Below, piece by piece: positions 14,555 through 26,580 of a stretch of 64,000 nt of DNA. The DNA comes from Eledone cirrhosa. Taxonomy: Eukaryota. How positions within the stretch are numbered: position 1 is the first letter of the stretch; each line of letters starts with the position of its first letter. The stretch covers positions 161,758,001-161,822,000 of the forward strand of contig OZ024742.1 of NCBI GenBank assembly GCA_964016885.1. Direction: 5' to 3'. The notes beneath the pieces were generated by a model that was not told the origin of the DNA, did no database searches, and saw only the letters and a program-made list of their open reading frames with translations. The translations under genes and the position numbers were made by a program.

Positions 14555-15189
14555 TGGAAAAAATGAAATTTCATTTCTCACTCTTAGTACGGCTGATACT
14601 TAAATATAAGTATGTATACGTACATACATATATGTATACAGACGTACAGTAGTATGTATATACATACATGCACACATATATATGTACGTATGGGTTTACC
14701 GAACATTTATTATAATGCTCGGTTTGTTTGTAAACAAACAGCCCAAATTTTTAGCCGTACAGTGTTCAGCAATCAACGATAAATGGAAAAAATGAAATTT
14801 CATTTCTCACTCTTAGTACGTATGTACGTGTACATACTTATATTTAAGTATCAGCTGTACTAAGAGTGAGAAATGAAATTTCATTTTTTCCATTTATCGT
14901 TTTTGGTATGCCTGGCCGACTAACTCACTTGATATGCAAATTAGGCTGCTCAGCTGTTAATATGCATAAGGAAAGTTTATACTAATAAGCTAGAAACTAG
15001 TTCATCGTTCCTTTGTCAGTGTTGAACAAAATGGTTGCCGAACACTGTACGGCTAATAATTCGGGATGTTTGTTTACAAACAAACTGAGCATTATAATAA
15101 ATGTTCAGTAAACCCATACGTACATATATATATGTGCGCATGTATGTATGAATATACATACTACTGTACGTCTGTATACATATATGTAT
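14555..15189. mobile_element. Fold-back of a circularly permuted non-coding element: one 366-bp monomer (+, 14821-15186) joined to an inverted, internally deleted 229-bp-period variant (14555-14820)
   Basis: The left arm is the reverse complement of the right-arm sequence and reads through the right arm's end-to-start junction. tggaaaaaatgaaatttc recurs at 14555 and 14784. Flanked by (AT)n. Homologous to the 466-bp unit. Confidence 0.8.
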
Positions 15190-15489
15190 ATACATATTTA
15201 TATATGTATATACATATTTATATATGTATATACATATTTATATACATATATATATATATATTTATATATGATTAAGTTAAAAATGTACATCCACATATGT
15301 ATACTGAAATACTAGTATGCATATGAATACACACACGTATACATATGTAGATGTACCAAGTTTTTCACTGGTCACTTTACTGTGAGTGTCCAGCTATTCT
15401 GTATGTAAACACACAGACAAACCGGTTTTTAGAGTCATACTGGTTTTTGAGGAAACACCTTTCCTCTATTCTCCAGAAAACCAGACAAG

Positions 15490-15536
15490 GAATATTGAAC
15501 TAGTTTCGTTGTTGTTACAACTCATCAGCAATATTT
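15490..15536 (-). ncRNA. Type I hammerhead ribozyme (466-bp unit 1)
   Basis: Minus strand reads aatattg CUGAUGA guug-uaacaa-caac GAAA cuag UU caauauu. Stems I and II pair, stem III is palindromic, triplet is GUU. Confidence 0.85.
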
Positions 15537-15620
15537 ACCTATCTTCCGACCTTTCTGGAGAATCGTAAAAGCACATATCGTTATATGCTTTTTCTATGAA
15601 AATTAGTAGTGGGCAGACTA

Positions 15621-15628
15621 ATTTGCAT
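15621..15628 (-). promoter_or_regulatory. Octamer motif ATGCAAAT upstream of the hammerhead (also 16087-16094, and 14934-14941 on +)
   Basis: Exact octamer in conserved context actcac...tatgcaaattag in both diverged family members. Function is inferred only. Confidence 0.4.
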
Positions 15629-15955
15629 AGAGCGTGAGTACGTACCGGTTCAACGGAGACGATAAAAACAAATAACGAAACGAAATTAAATTTCGTTTCG
15701 TTTGTAACTCACTTTTGTATGACTGACGCTTAAACAATTAAGTTAAAAATGTACATCCACATATGTATACTGAAATACTAGTATGCATATGAATACACAC
15801 ACGTATACATATGTAGATGTACCAAGTTTTTCACTGGTCACTTTACTGTGAGTGTCCAGCTATTCTGTATGTAAACACACAGACAAACCGGTTTTTAGAG
15901 TCATACTGGTTTTTGAGGAAACACCTTTCCTCTATTCTCCAGAAAGCCAGACAAG

Positions 15956-16002
15956 GAATATTGAACTAGTTTCGTTGTTGTTACAACTCATCAGCAATAT
16001 TT
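15956..16002 (-). ncRNA. Type I hammerhead ribozyme (466-bp unit 2)
   Basis: Identical to 15490-15536, 466 bp away. Confidence 0.85.
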
Positions 16003-16298
16003 ACCTATCTTCCGGCCTTTCTGGAGAATCGTAAAAGCACATATCGTTATATGCTTTTTCTATGAAAATTAGTAGTGGGCAGACTAATTTGCATAGAGCG
16101 TGAGTACGTACCGGTTCAACGGAGACGATAAAAACAAATAACGAAACGAAATTAAATTTCGTTTCGTTTGTAACTCACTTTTGTATGACTGACGCTTAAA
16201 CAATTAAGCGTCAGTATATACATACATATATACATACATATATATATACAGTATATACATACATATATATATATATATATACATATTTATATATGTAT

Positions 16299-16329
<31 letters not shown>

Positions 16330-16781
16330 CATATTTATATATGTATATATATATATATATATATATAATAACTAGAAATTGATTAACATATAAATAAACA
16401 TGAATAATCACAGGAGATAATTTTTACAAGTGTGTAAGCACACATAGCTAGGTAGGTAACTAAATAAAGTTGACCAGAACTTCAAAAATAGATACCTTAT
16501 AATATGATTAATCTTCCCTGTATATATTCCATTAAAGAAATATATTTCACCAATTAATCGGATGGTAAACCATGGAGGCCGGTACTTGGATTTTCAACAA
16601 GGAAGAAGTCCAGCGAACTATGTTTACACTTCAAGTTCAAATCAGCGACTGGTCAGCAACACGTGCTGTATCTACTAGAAATACACACATCATACCAGCT
16701 TCGTCACAGTGGCGTGAATAGGGTTATCGACAACTAGAAACAGCAGTCAAATCCTTTCAACAGAGTTAGCTCAATTAAGAT

Positions 16782-18745
16782 GGTTGTCCTGCTCATATAG
16801 GACTGTCTGGCAGGTTTTCTACGTCTGGATGCCCTTCCTAACACCAACCACGTTTAAAGTGTGGACTGGGAGGTTTTTACCGTGTTACCTACATGGCCAC
16901 ATTACAGCGTGGACTGTGTTTTTTTTTGTCGTGACACCTACACGTCTGGTGGGTTTTCTACGGCTGGCTGCCCTTCCTAACACCAACCACATTTACAGTG
17001 TGGAACTGGGAGGTTTTTACCGTGTTACCTACACGGCCACATTACAGCGTGGACTGTGTGTTTTTTTGTCGTGACACCTACACGACCTCATTTGTTTCGG
17101 ACTGGATGTTGTAGTACCAACATAACTTCACATTGAAGGGGGTGGGGGTAGTGGGACAGGGGTGTATTTTTGTTAGAGGTGCCTACTGACTAGGTTTCGC
17201 TTTGTACTTAGGCAAGGTGGGTCTTCTGTATTACTGTGTAGCACCAAAGATCTCGGTCCAGTGACATTGTCTTGGAGAGGTGAAAATGTGTGAGGTCGAA
17301 ATTTATCAAGTCATCCCAGGTTTTTCTGGGTCTGCCTACTCCGTGGCTACCGTCTTTTTATCGCCCTGCACTTTTTTATACAGCTGTCTTTTATGCGCAT
17401 CATGTGACCGTACCAACGTAGTCTTCTTTTGAGTAAACAACATCTGATCCCTCTTATTCCTAATTTCTCCCTTAGTTTGTTTATGCTTTGCCGTTCACGT
17501 ATATTACTATTACACATCCAGCGTATATCCTCTGCACACAATGCCCAGGTCTCACTGCCATGTAACATTGCTGTTCGTATGCAGGCATCATACAGCCTGC
17601 CTTTCATTTTTAGAGAGAACCCTTTAGCGGCCAATGGTGGTATAAGCTCTCTGAACTTTTTTCATCCCGTTCTGACTCTAGCTACTGTACTTTCAGAGCA
17701 CCCTCCCCCACTGCTGATTTTGTCACCCAGATAACGGAAGATGTCCACTATCTCTATAGAACCATCTGTGCAATGGAATGAGCTAGTATTCTGTGGGCAC
17801 TTGCTGCTACTTATTGCACCAGAGCACCGGCCATATATAAAATCTATATTCTTAGTTAGCTTAGCTGTGATCCCACTACATCTTTTATGCACTCATACTT
17901 TGCTTTTGGGACATAAAATGGAGTTTATGCCTACTCCTTTCCTACACTCTGAGCATGGCCATTTCCCAGATGGGACCGGTGCCCTATTTTCCTTCCTACA
18001 AACTAGAACTTTAGTCTTAGACAAGTTAACTTTAAGGCCTTTTGATTCTAGGCCATGCTTCCATGTTTGGAATTTCTTCTCTAGTTCAGCCATTGATTCA
18101 GCTATGAGCGTTAGATCATCTGCATATAGGAGTTCCCATGGGCAGCCGGTCTTGAACTCCTCTGTTATAGCCTGAAGGGCAATAATAAATAGTAGGGGGC
18201 TAAGAACGGAGCCCTGATTAACACCAACTTTTACGCTAAACTCTTCACTATATTCGTTGTTAATTCTAACCTTGCTGACTGTTTCTTTATACATGGCTTG
18301 TATAGCTCTCACAAGCCATTCATCAACACCTAGTTTTCTAAGAGCTCACCAGATAATGGAGCGGAGGACTCTGTCAAAGGCTTTCTCCAAGTCAACAACA
18401 GCTAAGTATAGGGGTTTACTTTTAGCTAGGTACTTCTCCTGTAGTTGTCGTACAATGAAAAGAGCATCTGTGGTACTTTTACCTGACACAAACCCGAACT
18501 GCATTTCATCTAGATCAATTCTCTCTCTGATTAGTTGCGCTATTACTTTTACTCTGACCTTCATGACCTGGTCGATTAATTTAATGCCCTATCTAGGGCA
18601 TCTCCTTTACCCTTGTAGCAGTTAATGATGATGATGCTACGCCAGTCCTTCGGAACGGCCCCATTCTGTATGACTTGGTTTACTATCCGGGTGACCATAG
18701 TGTATGACTTGGTTTACTATCCGGGTGACCATAGTGTGTTCCAGG
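16782..18745 (-). mobile_element. Decayed RTE LINE lineage A (RT through 3'UTR)
   Basis: [31 protein letters not shown] insert, FRYLG. Stops, frameshifts and a 34-bp duplication near the 5' end. Confidence 0.92.
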
Positions 18746-19175
18746 GGGCAGCAGGTCTGACCATTAATAAGCGTTGATATATATATAAATAAATATTGTA
18801 CACGTGATACAAACAACAGGGCCTCAATAATAACAGAAAACAGTACCACTTTACATTTACTATTATAAACTGAGCCTGCAAAACAAACTATTTTCTGATG
18901 AAAACAAACAAGAAAATATCTCAAAAATCTTTGTTTGGTTCTTAAGACAGACATTTAAACAATAACCAAGTACTTGATATTTCTTAGATTTATCATATCA
19001 AGAAATAATAAGAAACACAACACAAACAACTATTTACCAACAAATATGTAATATATTTTCTTATCTTTTATGAAAAAATGTTTTAGTTGTTATTGGTGTT
19101 TAGTCCCATGCAGGCCCATGCAAAGCATTTGATATGTCCAGACAACTAGACAAGATATAGCATGTAGTCCTCCCA

Positions 19176-19365
19176 CCTCTGTCCCACCCCAAGCTGGTAA
19201 TAGGCCCAGGTTAGATATAAATATAGACCCCCCCTTCCCCGACCTCTATCCCACCCCAAGCTGGTAGTAGGCCCAGTAGGCCCAGATTAGATATAAAATA
19301 TAGCCCCCTACCATACTTGACCTCTATCCCACCCCAAGCTGGTAATAGGCCCAGGTTAGATATAA
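19176..19365. repeat. Short tandem repeat, 3 copies of ~65-80 bp
   Basis: cctctatcccaccccaagctggtaataggcccag...ttagatataa, three times. Confidence 0.8.
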
Positions 19366-20259
19366 GTGGCTGAGTATATATAAGTGGCTGAGTATTCCAG
19401 GGAGATTTGGCATGATACACTGAATTACAGGCAAAATTTATTTTTTTCAGCTGTGTGAAATATAATGTTTTGCTCAAGGACACAATGTACTGCTGGGAAC
19501 AAATTCACAACCTTACAACTGTGATCCAAACAAACCACTAAGTTATGTGCCTCCATGACTTATAAGTAACATAAGAGAATAAGAGAACTAGAGCTTGAGG
19601 TGAACAGGTTTTTCCAAATCGTGTGCTCATGCTAACTGGGCCAAATGATTTTTTCACTTCTAGTTTGGTCTAGCTCCAGGTCAGCCTTAATCAAGCAGAT
19701 ATATGACTATTCCATCTTTTCCTCAAGTGCAGGAAACTTGGGGCAATATTATGTAACATCCTTTTCTGAATTAATGAGATAGTGTGATTTGAGAGAGATT
19801 TGACTGCTATTTCTAGCAAAACCAGCAACATTGAAAGCTTCCTCTGGTTTGTGTAGTTTGTTGTTTATCCCCAGCCAGCTCTGACTGAGCAGACCTGATT
19901 GAGATCAAAGACATTCCAACTATGACCATTCTGTTTTTTGTATACCTAGATCTACATTACACGGTCCAACTTGTCCTTTTTAAAGACAGCTGAGGTGTAA
20001 CTTGATGATTTAGCTGCTATTTTCAATATCTTGAGCAACCATAAAGTGGTTTTCTTGCTGGTATGCAATGTTGATGTTGACATTGTTGCTGTATATAGCT
20101 GATGTTGGGTGTTTATATTATTTTATATCAATGTTCAGTCAATTTGACAGGTCTTTCTGCACTCTGAATTAAAATCTTATCAAGGTTCACTTTACCATTC
20201 ATCTTTTTCAAGTCAATAAAGAAAATATCAGCCCAGTGCTGGTACAGCTCTCTCTCCTA

Positions 20260-20830
20260 GCTGAGGAGGAGATACAGTAAAATAGAGAGTGCTTGAGTAG
20301 AGGTGGCATGAAACAAGCCAACTCCAAAGAGTAAGAGCTATGCTAGTAGTAGGAGGATAGGTAAAGAGGGAGACAGCATGTGTGTAGGCTAGAGGCTAGA
20401 GTGCGTTGGTAAATAACCTTATGGCCAATCAGTTATATGGATATTCTTTGGATGTGGTTTAAGATATCTGTGTGTGGAGTAACAGCACTGCCCTAGGATG
20501 TGGGTTTCACATGAACTTTGTAGAGGATCAGTAATAATTGTTGGGCTGAAGTATTTTCTGGTTCTGAAGAGAAGGATCAGTCTTTGAGAGGCAGTTGTAG
20601 CTATATTAATGATGTATCTTTCCCATGAGAGATCCTAAATTATAGTAAGGCGTGGCTTTTAGAGCAATCATGAAAACTCTATTGATAATTGCTTAATGGA
20701 AAGGAATGAGGATTGATGATGTTTTCTTGATATAAGCACTGCTTGAGTTTTTCTATCGTTGAAGGAGATGTGTATGGCCCCATTGCAGGATCTTTTTGAG
20801 GTCTCTGTTTATGTGTCAGTGCAGATTTGG
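20260..20830 (-). pseudogene. Highly decayed CR1-like LINE RT C-terminal relic
   Basis: Minus-strand translation fragments FNDRKTQAVLISRK, SWERYIINIATTASQRLILLFRTRKYFSP, LYKVHVKP resemble the CR1/L2 post-RT region. Confidence 0.55.
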
Positions 20831-21898
20831 TAAAACATGTTATGTAAATATATTCAATAAACCCGAAAATGGCACATACTCATAAGGAGGAATTTCCATT
20901 TAACTTTCTAACATTTTATTCAATCTGTTCTAATTATTTTGTCTCTATTTGTATGTAACAAAACTTCAACATATTTTCTCCATGACAGTTTTTTTTAGTC
21001 TGCCACGCACTACCACCGAAAGACTGACCTGTGATCTCAGAGCAACAAACTTAGATAATGTTCTCTTGTAGGAGGCTCATGGAATTAGTGTGTCTGAAAA
21101 GAGGACAATTGAAGAGGCCATTTGTTTAATGTTTCTGGGCAACCTAATTATTATATATACAAGAGAACTTTGACCCAGGGACAATCTGCTTTCGACTCTG
21201 ACAGTGTTTTGGGGGCAAACTTGCAATATGCCACACACACTCGTTAGCCAGTCTTGCTGGGTTTGGCAATAGCCAAGTTTGCTACTAGGTTAGTAAAATT
21301 TACTACTACGGAATCTACATTTGCACACACAACACACTGCATCTTTCTCCTGTGTTCTTTACTGCACATGTTTTCAAAGTAAATGATGTTACAAATAAAA
21401 ACGTTAAAATTAGTAGTGCTTTGTTCATTTGTTAATTCTTATCAATGTGATTTGAGAAAATCATCTTTCCCATGGTAATATCTCTTCACAACTACTTGTT
21501 TCTTTGAACATGGCAAATATTCACTGAGACATACTTCTCTTACTCACTTGCCATTACTTGACCAGCAAGCTACTCACCCATCATCTTGCACTCCTACAAC
21601 ATTACCACAAATGAACCAAGCAAACCACATCAAAACGATATTTATCATTACCACTGCTAAATATATGCCAATGAGTTTTCATTGATTTCCAGTAAAACAG
21701 GTTTAATTCTCTCGTGTCTTATTAAAAAAGAAAGTGTCTTGTCTCTTCTTGTTCATTCATATTTATGAAAGCCTTTAGTCAACATTTTTCTAAACTTTAT
21801 TATACAAAACACAAATATTTCAACACTTACTCAGTACAGTGTCCTGGTTATAGTATTTTATGCACCAATAAAAATACTGTGACATTATTATTTTTCTA

Positions 21899-22398
21899 GG
21901 GCAGTGAATTGGCAGTATCAGTAGAGAGTCGGATGCCGTGCTTTGCCGCATAGAGTTACGTCCCTTTATAGTCTAAGTTCAAATCCTGCCGAGGTTAACT
22001 TTGCCTTTCATCCTTATGGGGTCGATAAAATAAAGTACCAGTAATGCACTGAGATAATTGCTGGCCTTGTGCCAAAAATAGAAACTTATTATTTTTCTAG
22101 ATTTATTTTTCTTAAAGGAAAGTTAACCTACTTTTTGTGGTTTATTTATATATCATCATCATCTTTTAATGTCTATTTTCCATGCTAGCATGGGTTAGAT
22201 GGTATATATATATCATTATCATTTTTTGGCAGTATCAGTAGAGGGTCGGACGCCATGCTTTCCAGCATAGTTACATCCCTTTACGATCTGAGTTCAAATC
22301 CCGCCAAGGTTGACTTTGCCTTTCATCCTTACGGGGTCGATAAAATAAAGTACCAGTAATGCACTGGGTAATTGCTGGCCTTGTGCCTAAAGTAGAGA
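21899..22398 (+). mobile_element. Two SINE family 1 copies (21899-22085, 22226-22398) with a ~50-bp RTE 3'-tail fragment (22150-22202, minus) between them
   Basis: A/B boxes and family body present. The intervening piece is the reverse complement of ccatctaacccatgctagcatgg...gatgatgat. Confidence 0.85.
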
Positions 22399-22407
22399 AA
22401 ATTATCA

Positions 22408-22778
22408 TTTTCATCATCATCATTTTACGTCCGCTTTTCCCTGTTTGCAAGGGTGGGACGGGAACTGATTTTGGCTTGATTTCTACAGCTGGATACCCTT
22501 CCTAACACCAAACCTTTTGTGCTTTTTTTTCCGTGGCACTTTCACATTCACTTTACCATGTGGGCTGGGTGCTTTTTTTATGTGGTACGTTCACGACCAC
22601 TTTGCAGTGGTCCTATCATCTCATTTCAGACCTATCATCTCATTTCAACAGCTGAGTAAACTGGAGCAATGTGAAATAAAGTGTCTTGCTCAAGGAAACA
22701 ACACATCGCCCGGTCTGAGAATTGAACTCACAACCTTTCGATTGCAAGGCCAATGCTCTAACCATTAAGCCATGTGCC
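22408..22778 (-). mobile_element. tRNA-derived SINE family 2 (CORE-like body, RTE-derived 3' end, (GAT)n tail)
   Basis: Head tggcttaatggttagagc...gagttcaattc; body ccttgagcaagacactt; 3' end matches the RTE lineage C terminus cccacccttgcaa..gggaaaagcggacgtaaaatgatg. Confidence 0.85.
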
Positions 22779-22855
22779 TATATATATATATATATTATGT
22801 ATGTATATATATATATATATATTATATATATATATGTATATATATGTATATATAT

Positions 22856-22922
<67 letters not shown>

Positions 22923-22973
22923 GTATGTGTATATATATATATATATTATATATATATATGTATATATATATGT

Positions 22974-23518
22974 AGATAAATCTACCAAGAGTTTACGGTA
23001 GTGTCCAATCCGTATGAAGAACTCAATGTATTCCGGATATCATGGAAAGAAGAGATAAATGAAAATCCAATTTCGGTGAAAGATAAACGGTATACAGAGT
23101 CAAGATAAAATATTAAGCAAATAATGAACAAACAATTCCTTATATTAAACAAAAAAAGTTCACTATTTAACGATCGTTTCTAGGGTATATATGTGTTATA
23201 ATTGGTATGCATATTTAACAGATCTATGTACAAAATTATACAAAATTATACAAATTATCAAGATTAAATATACATACCTAACTCATATATACGCCGTCTT
23301 CAGAAATAAATATTTATTTCTGAAGACGGCGTATATATGAGTTAGGTATGTATATTTAATCTTGATAATTTGTATAATTTTGTATAATTTTGTACATAGA
23401 TCTGTTAAATATGCATACCAATTATAACACATATATACCCTAGAAACGATCGTTAAATAGTGAACTTTTTTTGTTTAATATAAGGAATTGTTTGTTCATT
23501 ATTTGCTTAATATTTTAT
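22974..23518. mobile_element. Hammerhead-bearing fold-back element: perfect 414-bp palindrome (23105-23518) plus ~130-bp unpaired tail (22974-23104)
   Basis: Spacerless inverted repeat centred at 23311/23312, with (AT)n flanks. Confidence 0.88.
23315..23459 (+). ncRNA. Type I hammerhead ribozyme with long stem II (mirror copy 23164-23308 on minus)
   Basis: uauuu CUGAAGA [~115-nt hairpin: guauauaug/cauauauac, gguauguauauuuaa/uuaaauaugcauacc] GAAA cgaucg UU aaaua; palindromic stem III. Confidence 0.75.
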
Positions 23519-23542
23519 GTATATATATATATATATTATATA

Positions 23543-23593
<51 letters not shown>

Positions 23594-23803
23594 GTTTGTA
23601 TATATATATTATATATATATATGTATATATATATTATGTATGTATATATATATATTATATATATATATGTATATATATATTATGTATGTATATATATATA
23701 TTATATATATATTATGTATGTATATATATATATTATATATATATTATGTATGTATATATATATATATATATTATATATATATATATATATATTATGTATG
23801 TAT

Positions 23804-23835
<32 letters not shown>

Positions 23836-23867
23836 ATATATATATATATAAATATATATATATTATG

Positions 23868-23913
<46 letters not shown>

Positions 23914-23940
23914 AATATATATATATTATGTATGTATATA

Positions 23941-23971
<31 letters not shown>

Positions 23972-23998
23972 AATATATATATATTATGTATGTATATA

Positions 23999-24062
<64 letters not shown>

Positions 24063-24998
24063 AGATCAAAAGATGGTTAAAGGAGTTCCATGTATTTTAT
24101 TATGCGCATTTCAAAAACAAACATCATCATGCAATAATATTTGTGTTTTCATCAGATAAAACAGGAGAACATGATATGAAGGCTAAAAAACACTTGTGGA
24201 TAGTGCAGTTTTAAATCAACATATGAAAAGTGGTTTTAGATTGATGTGTGATATTGGGAAAAATATTTTATTTAGAGAGGGGGGGGGTGGAAAGGATGAA
24301 AAAGGGGAGGAGATGAGAGGGAGAGATGGGTGATAGAGAGAAAGAGATAGTTTTTATAACTGAGAGAAGATATATTGTTTTACATAGAGAGGTTGAAAAC
24401 CGTTGGAAGATAATGTATAAATTAAAAGAATTTGAAAATTAACGAAGGGAAAAATATTTGCGAGGAAAGAGAGGGAGTTTATGTATGAAGATAGAGAGAA
24501 AAAAATAATAATTGTGGATGAATATTCTAACGTCAAAAAGGTGTATGTTGATAAGTATTGTGGCAATTTCAAAATTAACGAAGAGAAAAAATTATTAAGG
24601 TTTGTGTGTAGAAGGATTTGAGAAAAATAATGTGAAGTTAAAGTTTGTATATTGAAGGAATTGATAATATGTGCGAAGAAAGAGTTAATATGTATTAAGA
24701 ATGAGTTCGTTGATGGGGAGAAAAAAATAATAAATTAAGGATGAAATTGAGATTAAAAAGTTTTATGATAGAGAGAAAAAATAATAATAATTGCGGATGA
24801 ATATTCTAACGTCAAAAAAACAAATGTATATGTTATGAAGGATTTTACAAGGTGAAGATAGAAAGAGGGTAATGAGTAAACAAGTATTATAGAGTGTATA
24901 ATGCCCTTTGAAGTAAGGTAGGAAGATGGGTATATTTTAAAGAGGTGTATGTATATGTGCCTTTGAGAAAAGATTCTAAATTGATAAAGAATTGAATA

Positions 24999-26442
24999 TT
25001 AACTGTATACTTTGTGAAAAGTCCTATGGAATTTATGCAGGCAGATAGAAAACAAATCTGTACGTCTATTTATTATAGAATCTAGATTAGAGATAATGGT
25101 AAATTTTTCATTTAGGCAGAGATTACAGATTTTAGATAGAGAGCTGTTCAAGTATGAGGATGCAGAAGAAACCTTCTTCCAAAAGATGGTATATTTAATG
25201 TTTTTGTCTTTCAAGGACCATATGAGTTCTGAGAGAGCCGTGTTGGTTCTTTTAAGTTTGTATTTGAAAGATGAATGGTGATTATAGAGACGAGCTTTAA
25301 AAGAGGTGGAAGTGGAGCCAAAATAGGTGAAGGAATTGGTGCTAGTTATAACTTTACATTCATAAATTAAGTTTTTATCAAGACAATGGTTGTTGAGAGG
25401 ACATTTATTTTTAATGCGGCAGTTGCAATTAGAGAGATTATTAATGAGTGACCTAGTGTTATCTATAGAAGGAATTGGATTGGAGAAGTTGTTTGCGATA
25501 GGAATAATAGGAATAATAGTTTCTTGATTTAGAGTTGGATTATGAACATTTAGCGAAGTTGTGTTTGACGTTGTATTTGGGTTTACAGAAGTTAGCCTAG
25601 GGTTTACAATGACGTCGGGAGTACTATTACTGTTATTATGAAATTCAATGTTGGAAGGAAGAGATTTAGTATTTAGTATTTTATTGTTGTGTTTAGAGAT
25701 GATGTTGGAAATATTGGAGGATGTAGAATAAGAAAATTTGATGGTGTGTTTGTTAAATATTTTACTATAGATATGTGAGGGAGGGAAGCATTTATTTAAG
25801 GCACTAAAAAATAATTTAGGAATATTGTTATTAATAGAGATGGAGAAAGGAGCATTATACCAGATTATGTTTTTGTATCTAGGTCTTTTATTAAAATTAT
25901 TGGAATGATCATGATTAATTATTCTACTGTAAGTTTTTCTAGAATTTGTTTCTTTACTATATTTGATTTTATCTGGATAGCCGGTTTTAGAAAGTGCGTT
26001 ATTATAGTAATTGGTGTTAGCATCAAAGATGTTTTTATTAGAAGATATGTTAGATATTCTATTTCCAATATTACTAACTATAGCATTCTTGATATTGGTA
26101 GGATGGTTAGATTTAAAGTTAACATAATTTAGGTTCTCATTGTTTTTATGGTAAGGGTAATATAGGCCAGTGTCAAGTTTAAGAGATACATCCAAGAAAT
26201 TAGCTAGTTTGATACTATTATCAAATTCAATTTTTAGGTTATGTTGGTTAAAGAGATTACGTATATTGTTCTTAATAATATTAAGGTTAACTATATTGCA
26301 ATTTAAGATAGTAAAGAGTCCATCGGCACGATAAATTCCACCGTGAAGTTGAGGAATTTTCTGACTCAAAGAGTTCAAAATAAAGATACCAATTAAATCA
26401 GTCAATTGGGATGAATCGGATGCTCCCATTGTGATGTCGAAG
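24999..26442 (-). pseudogene. Inverted 5'-truncated copy of the Naiad ORF (catalytic YRDD reads YRAD)
   Basis: Near-identical to 27815-29258 with about six substitutions. Confidence 0.92.
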
Positions 26443-26580
26443 ATGTTAATCAATCTAAATTGTCGAAGTTGTTAATCAATCTGATGTCGAAGTTGTTAAT
26501 CAATCTAAAACCACTTTTCATATGTTGATTTAAAACTGCACTATCCACAAGTGTTTTTTAGCCTTCATATCATGTTCTCC

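Larger units (their letters stand above)
15271..16215 (-). mobile_element. Retrozyme-like non-coding element: near-identical tandem dimer of a 466-bp hammerhead-bearing unit plus a 12-bp inverted end
   Basis: Units 15271-15736 and 15737-16202 differ at two positions that I could see. Terminal hairpin actgacgcttaa/ttaagcgtcagt. (AT)n on both flanks. Confidence 0.88.

Noticed and set aside
18885-18930. ctgatga...gaaa hammerhead-like motif
   Set aside because: The intervening aaacaaacaa cannot form stem II.
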